NCBI RefSeq assembly: GCF_000014785.1
Contig: NC_008340.1
Coordinates: 3,000,001-3,032,000, forward strand
Direction: 5' to 3'
Length of the DNA stretch: 32,000 nucleotides
Origin: Alkalilimnicola ehrlichii MLHE-1
GTDB lineage: Bacteria > Pseudomonadota > Gammaproteobacteria > Nitrococcales > Halorhodospiraceae
A program made the position numbers and the translations under genes. Below, in pieces: positions 28,006 through 32,000 of this stretch (position 1 is the stretch's first letter; each line of letters begins with the position of its first letter). The notes beneath the pieces were generated by a model. That model saw only the letters and a program-made list of their open reading frames with translations. It was not told where the DNA came from and made no database searches.

Positions 28006-30528
28006 ATGAGCCACCAGCTACCCGTAGAGCGCATCGTCCAGTCGAGCATACTCCACTGTGGCCCCGAGACCCCGCTCTGCCAGGCCGCGGAACGCATGGC
28101 CGAGCGTCAGTGCAGCTCCATTCTGGTGATGGAGGCGGACCGCGCGGTGGGCATCTGGACCGAACGGGACGCCCTGGCGGTGGATTTCTCCGACCCCTCC
28201 GCCATTCGCAGACCCATCCGCGAGGCCATGAGCAGCCCGGTTGCCTGTATCCCCGGGGAGACGGAGCTTGGGGAGGTGGCGATGCGCTTTCGCGCCGAAC
28301 GGTGCCGCCACTTCCTGGTGATCGACCGGGGCGGCCAGCCCCTCGGGCTTGTCTCGCAAACGGATGTGGCCCTGAACCAGGGCATGGAACCCTACCTGAG
28401 ACTGCGCGAGGTGGGCGCCGCGATGCGCACTGCGCCTCTGGTGTTGGCCGCCGACACACGATTGTCGCAGGCGGCGCGGCGCATGCGCGAATCAGAGCGG
28501 GATGCGGCCGTGATCCGCTTTGCTGACACCGACGACCTGGGCATTGTCACCGAGCGGGACCTGGTCCGCTGCATCGCCCGCTACCCCGGGGACACGCCCA
28601 TCGGTCATCTGGCCAGCCGGCCACTGCTCACCGTGGCGGCGAACGATATGCTCATCCGCGCCCGTGACATGCTGATGGACCACCAGGTCCGGCACCTCGC
28701 CGTTCTCGACGACCGGGGCCAGGTGGTGGGTCTGCTCGGCTTCCAGGACCTGCTGGCCGGTGCCGAGCAGAGCTATCTGAAGGATCTGCGTCGCGCACTG
28801 GAGCAGCGCGACAAAGCATTGGCCCAGTCGCGCAAGCACCTGCAACTGGCCGAGCGGGTCATCGACTCCTCACTGGAGGGGATCGTCATCACCGACGCCC
28901 ACGCCCGGATCGAGTTCGTGAACCCGGCCTTCACCCACCTGACCGGTTACAGCCTGGAAGAGGTGGCCGGCCGCACACCGGCAGTGCTCTCCTCCGGCCG
29001 ACACCCGCCTTCGTTCTACCGGGAGATGTGGCAGGCCCTGCAGGAGCAGGGCTACTGGCGCGGCGAGATCTGGAACCGGCGCAAATCCGGGGCCCTCTAC
29101 CTGGAACTGCTCACCATCACCGCTATCACCAATGACGATGGTGACACCACCCATTACGCCGGGCTGTTCACCGACATCACCCACATCCGGGAGAACGAGC
29201 GGCAGATCCGCCAACTGGCCTACTACGACCCCCTCACCCGGCTGCCCAACCGCCGGCTTCTGGACGACCGGCTGTCACTGGCGATCAAGCATGCCCACCG
29301 CCACCGACAGCGCCTGGCGGTAATGTTCATCGATCTGGACCACTTCAAACAGGTGAATGACACCCTGGGCCACGCCGTTGGCGACGAGCTGCTGCTGAGG
29401 GTCTCGGAGCGGCTGCGCGAGCACCTGCGCGAGGACGACACCCTCGCCCGCCTGGGTGGAGACGAATTCCTTGCCCTGCTGCCGGACCTGCAGGAAGTGG
29501 ATGAGGCCATCCGCGTCACCCAACGCCTGATTGAGGCAATCAGTCAGCCCTACACCATCGGCGACCACGACTTCCGGGTGGGTTGCAGCATTGGGTTAAG
29601 CCTCTATCCGGACGACGGGGAGAGCCCGGATGCGCTGATCCGTAACGCCGACGGGGCCATGTACCGCTCCAAGACAGAGGGTCGCAACACCTACCGGCTC
29701 TATGCGCCGGAGATGGACACCCGCGCCAAGAACCAGTTGGCGCTGGAGACGGCGTTACGCGACACCGCCGAGACCGGCGAGGGCCTTTCGATCCATTATC
29801 AACCGATTTTCGACTGGCGGACTGGCGCCCTGCATTCCGCCGAGGCGCTGCTGCGCTGGCACCACCCGACCCGGGGCGCGGTCGCACCGGGCGAGTTCAT
29901 CCCCCTGGCCGAGCGCTCCGGACTGATCATCCCGTTGGGCCAGGCGGTGATGCGCATGGTCTGCACCCAGCTCAAGCGCTGGCAGGCGGCCGGCCTACGG
30001 CCGGTGCCCGTGGCCATCAACCTCTCTGCCAAGCAGTTCTGGCAGGACGAACTGCCCGGCTTCATCCGGAAGATGCTGCAGCGTTGCGATTTAAACCCGG
30101 GGCTGATGGGTTTTGAGCTGACCGAGAGCACGCTAATGCACGATATCGAGCGTGGGCTCGACACCCTGGCGGCATTACGGGGGATGGGCTGCAGCGTGGC
30201 CATCGACGACTTTGGTACCGGCTATTCCTCGCTGACCTACCTGCAGCGGTTGCCGGTGACCACCCTGAAGATCGACCGTAGCTTCGTTAGCGACCTGGGC
30301 ACGTGCCGGAAGGGAGGCTGTGCCATCGTGGCGGCGGTCACCGGGCTGGCACGCGAACTGGAATTGCAGGTGGTGGCCGAGGGTGTGGAGACCGAGGCCC
30401 AGCTCCGCGCCCTGGACCGCTACCAGGTGGCATTGGTTCAAGGGTTCAAGACCGGCCGCCCGGTCCCAGCCGATGCCTTCAGCGAGGCCTACCTGCGAGC
30501 GATGACAAGCGGCCGGGACGGGGATTGA
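28006..30528 (+). CDS. CBS-PAS-GGDEF-EAL protein
   Basis: 840 aa. About four CBS units, PAS (DSSLEGIVITDAHARIEFVNPAFTHLTGYSLEEV), RLGGDEFLALLP, and EAL domain (SAEALLRWHHP, ELTESTLMHD, IDDFGTGYSSLTYLQRLPVTTLKIDRSFV). Confidence 0.94.
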   Translation: MSHQLPVERIVQSSILHCGPETPLCQAAERMAERQCSSILVMEADRAVGIWTERDALAVDFSDPSAIRRPIREAMSSPVACIPGETELGEVAMRFRAERCRHFLVIDRGGQPLGLVSQTDVALNQGMEPYLRLREVGAAMRTAPLVLAADTRLSQAARRMRESERDAAVIRFADTDDLGIVTERDLVRCIARYPGDTPIGHLASRPLLTVAANDMLIRARDMLMDHQVRHLAVLDDRGQVVGLLGFQDLLAGAEQSYLKDLRRALEQRDKALAQSRKHLQLAERVIDSSLEGIVITDAHARIEFVNPAFTHLTGYSLEEVAGRTPAVLSSGRHPPSFYREMWQALQEQGYWRGEIWNRRKSGALYLELLTITAITNDDGDTTHYAGLFTDITHIRENERQIRQLAYYDPLTRLPNRRLLDDRLSLAIKHAHRHRQRLAVMFIDLDHFKQVNDTLGHAVGDELLLRVSERLREHLREDDTLARLGGDEFLALLPDLQEVDEAIRVTQRLIEAISQPYTIGDHDFRVGCSIGLSLYPDDGESPDALIRNADGAMYRSKTEGRNTYRLYAPEMDTRAKNQLALETALRDTAETGEGLSIHYQPIFDWRTGALHSAEALLRWHHPTRGAVAPGEFIPLAERSGLIIPLGQAVMRMVCTQLKRWQAAGLRPVPVAINLSAKQFWQDELPGFIRKMLQRCDLNPGLMGFELTESTLMHDIERGLDTLAALRGMGCSVAIDDFGTGYSSLTYLQRLPVTTLKIDRSFVSDLGTCRKGGCAIVAAVTGLARELELQVVAEGVETEAQLRALDRYQVALVQGFKTGRPVPADAFSEAYLRAMTSGRDGD

Positions 30529-30546
30529 TCCGCTGCCCAAACGCAA

Positions 30547-30573
30547 GAAAGCCCCGCACAGGGCGGGGCTTTC
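30547..30573. terminator. Bidirectional intrinsic terminator between the GGDEF-EAL gene and the cold-shock gene
   Basis: GAAAGCCCCGC-acagg-GCGGGGCTTTC, 11-bp perfect stem between convergent genes. Confidence 0.8.
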
Positions 30574-30614
30574 TCAGGGCAGACCCGGCGCGCAGCCGGG
30601 TCAGTCAGCACGCC

Positions 30615-30818
30615 TTACAGCGCGGAGACGTTGGCCGCGGCCAGGCCCTTCGGGGTGTTTTGGGTCTCGAACTGGACCTGCTGCCCCTCGGCCAGGCTCT
30701 TGAAGCCGGAGCCGTTGATGGCGGAGTGGTGGACGAACACGTCCTTGCCGCCGTCGGTGGGGGTGATGAAGCCGAAGCCCTTAGCGTCGTCGAACCACTT
30801 AACAGTACCGGTGATCAT
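30615..30818 (-). CDS. Cold-shock domain protein (CspA family)
   Basis: [67 protein letters not shown], with RNP1 KGFGFI and RNP2 VFVHHS. Confidence 0.97.
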   Translation of the reverse strand: MITGTVKWFDDAKGFGFITPTDGGKDVFVHHSAINGSGFKSLAEGQQVQFETQNTPKGLAAANVSAL

Positions 30819-31105
30819 GGATAGTCTTTCCTCGTTTGATCGTATCTTGCGGTGTTGCAGGTGTTGCTGAAGGACAAACGGGAGTGACGACCACGGTGGG
30901 GTACTGCCGAACGCGCTACAGAACATCAACTGCAGGTCCGACTATACCCGCTGCGCCGGGAAACGCAAACATTTTTTTTGCTCCGGAGTACAATAGGCAT
31001 TTACCATAAATGACAATGGGTTTTCAGCTATCCCCGGAACCGGATAGCCCCTGTTGCGGCGCCAACCCCGCTGGGGCCCAACAGGTCAGCAGGAGGCAGT
31101 GCGCC

Positions 31106-32000
31106 ATGTCGCCCAACCCCCCCGGCGCGGAACCGGCCCAGGTTCTGCCCGGACGAAACGATCAGGCAGCGTTCGGTGGCCGCGCGCTGGTCCTCGCGCT
31201 GTGGGCGGAATCCCAGTACGCCCTGCGTGACGGCACCTACAGCTACTGGTCCCGGTTGCCGGCGCCGTTCGAGCGCGATGCCATTTACCGGCTCGCCCAC
31301 AAACTGTGCCACGAGCCCCTGCCACCCGAGCGCCAGCACCAGCTGATCGAGGCCGGCCGAAAGATCCATGCCCACGAAGGCCGATTCGCCGACGCCCCAC
31401 CGGTAGGCGACAATATGGAGCTGGAGTTCTACGGTCGCCTGCTGCGCAGCCTGGAGCGGGTAGTCGACGACCACTACCGGGGCGAGAACTCCTTCACGCC
31501 TCCGCCGAAGGGCCGCCTGATCGTGGGCGCACGGGTACCACTCGGAATGCCCGCCAGCGAGTCGCGCCGGACGCTGCAGGCCTTCACCGACCGGCTGGTG
31601 CAGAGCGCTGAGGTGAGCAAGGTGCCGCTGCGGCTGTTCGACAACGACGGCCTGCCCTGCGACCTGGACGCCCATGCCCTGGGCCGTTACCTGGATCGGG
31701 CGGAGGGCAAGCCCAGCCTGACCATCCTGATGGGCTACAACCGCCACCTGGACCCGCTGGACCCCCAACCCTCTCTCTATCGCGACAGGCTGGTGCAGCT
31801 AACCGCTCAGGCCGATGTGATCTTCAAACCCCTGCGGCCCCACGTGGTGGTCACCACCGATTTCGTGCCTCAATTGCTGCGCCGTGGCAACGTCCCGTTG
31901 TGGAACCGGGACACCCTGCTGAGTGACGACGACGCCGCCGTGCTGGAGCAACTGGGTGTGCAGCTGTTCGAAGAGGAACGCCCGCGGTTGCTCGAATCCC
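31106..32000 (+). CDS. Hypothetical protein, partial (runs off the right edge)
   Basis: ATG at 31106 with AGGAGG upstream. Open to the end: MSPNPPGAEPAQVLPGRNDQAAFGGRALVLALWAESQYALRDGTYSYWSRLPAPFERDAIYRLAHKLCHEPLPPERQHQLIEAGRKIHAHEG... No family recognised. Confidence 0.75.
   Translation, partial: MSPNPPGAEPAQVLPGRNDQAAFGGRALVLALWAESQYALRDGTYSYWSRLPAPFERDAIYRLAHKLCHEPLPPERQHQLIEAGRKIHAHEGRFADAPPVGDNMELEFYGRLLRSLERVVDDHYRGENSFTPPPKGRLIVGARVPLGMPASESRRTLQAFTDRLVQSAEVSKVPLRLFDNDGLPCDLDAHALGRYLDRAEGKPSLTILMGYNRHLDPLDPQPSLYRDRLVQLTAQADVIFKPLRPHVVVTTDFVPQLLRRGNVPLWNRDTLLSDDDAAVLEQLGVQLFEEERPRLLES

Overview
This is a 32 kb, GC-rich, gammaproteobacterial-type chromosomal window. Most of it is core or housekeeping sequence. 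In order: a partial acyl/acetyl-CoA synthetase (-), an SO_0444-type Cu/Zn efflux permease (+), two diguanylate cyclases, ggt-coaD-rsmD and two M16 peptidases (-), ftsY-ftsE-ftsX-rpoH (+), radC (-), aspS (+), an ankyrin-repeat protein (+), an algZ/algR-like two-component system plus hemC-hemD-hemX-hemY (-), argH (+), a CBS-domain protein (-) divergent from a CBS-PAS-GGDEF-EAL protein (+), a cold-shock protein (-), and an unidentified partial ORF at the right edge. The most notable signal lies outside the genes. Two ~220 bp elements (16439..16657 and 27112..27333, same orientation) share a conserved nested-hairpin core. Their long perfect palindromic arms (46 and 48 bp), 12-bp middle stems and 6-7-bp inner stems have different sequences in each copy, yet each remains perfectly self-complementary. 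I do not recognise this as a known repeat or RNA family and cannot search databases, so I report it as a candidate undescribed structured or mobile element. A second RNA-level candidate is a set of mutually exclusive hairpins upstream of rpoH. No tRNA, rRNA, CRISPR, transposase or reverse transcriptase was found.
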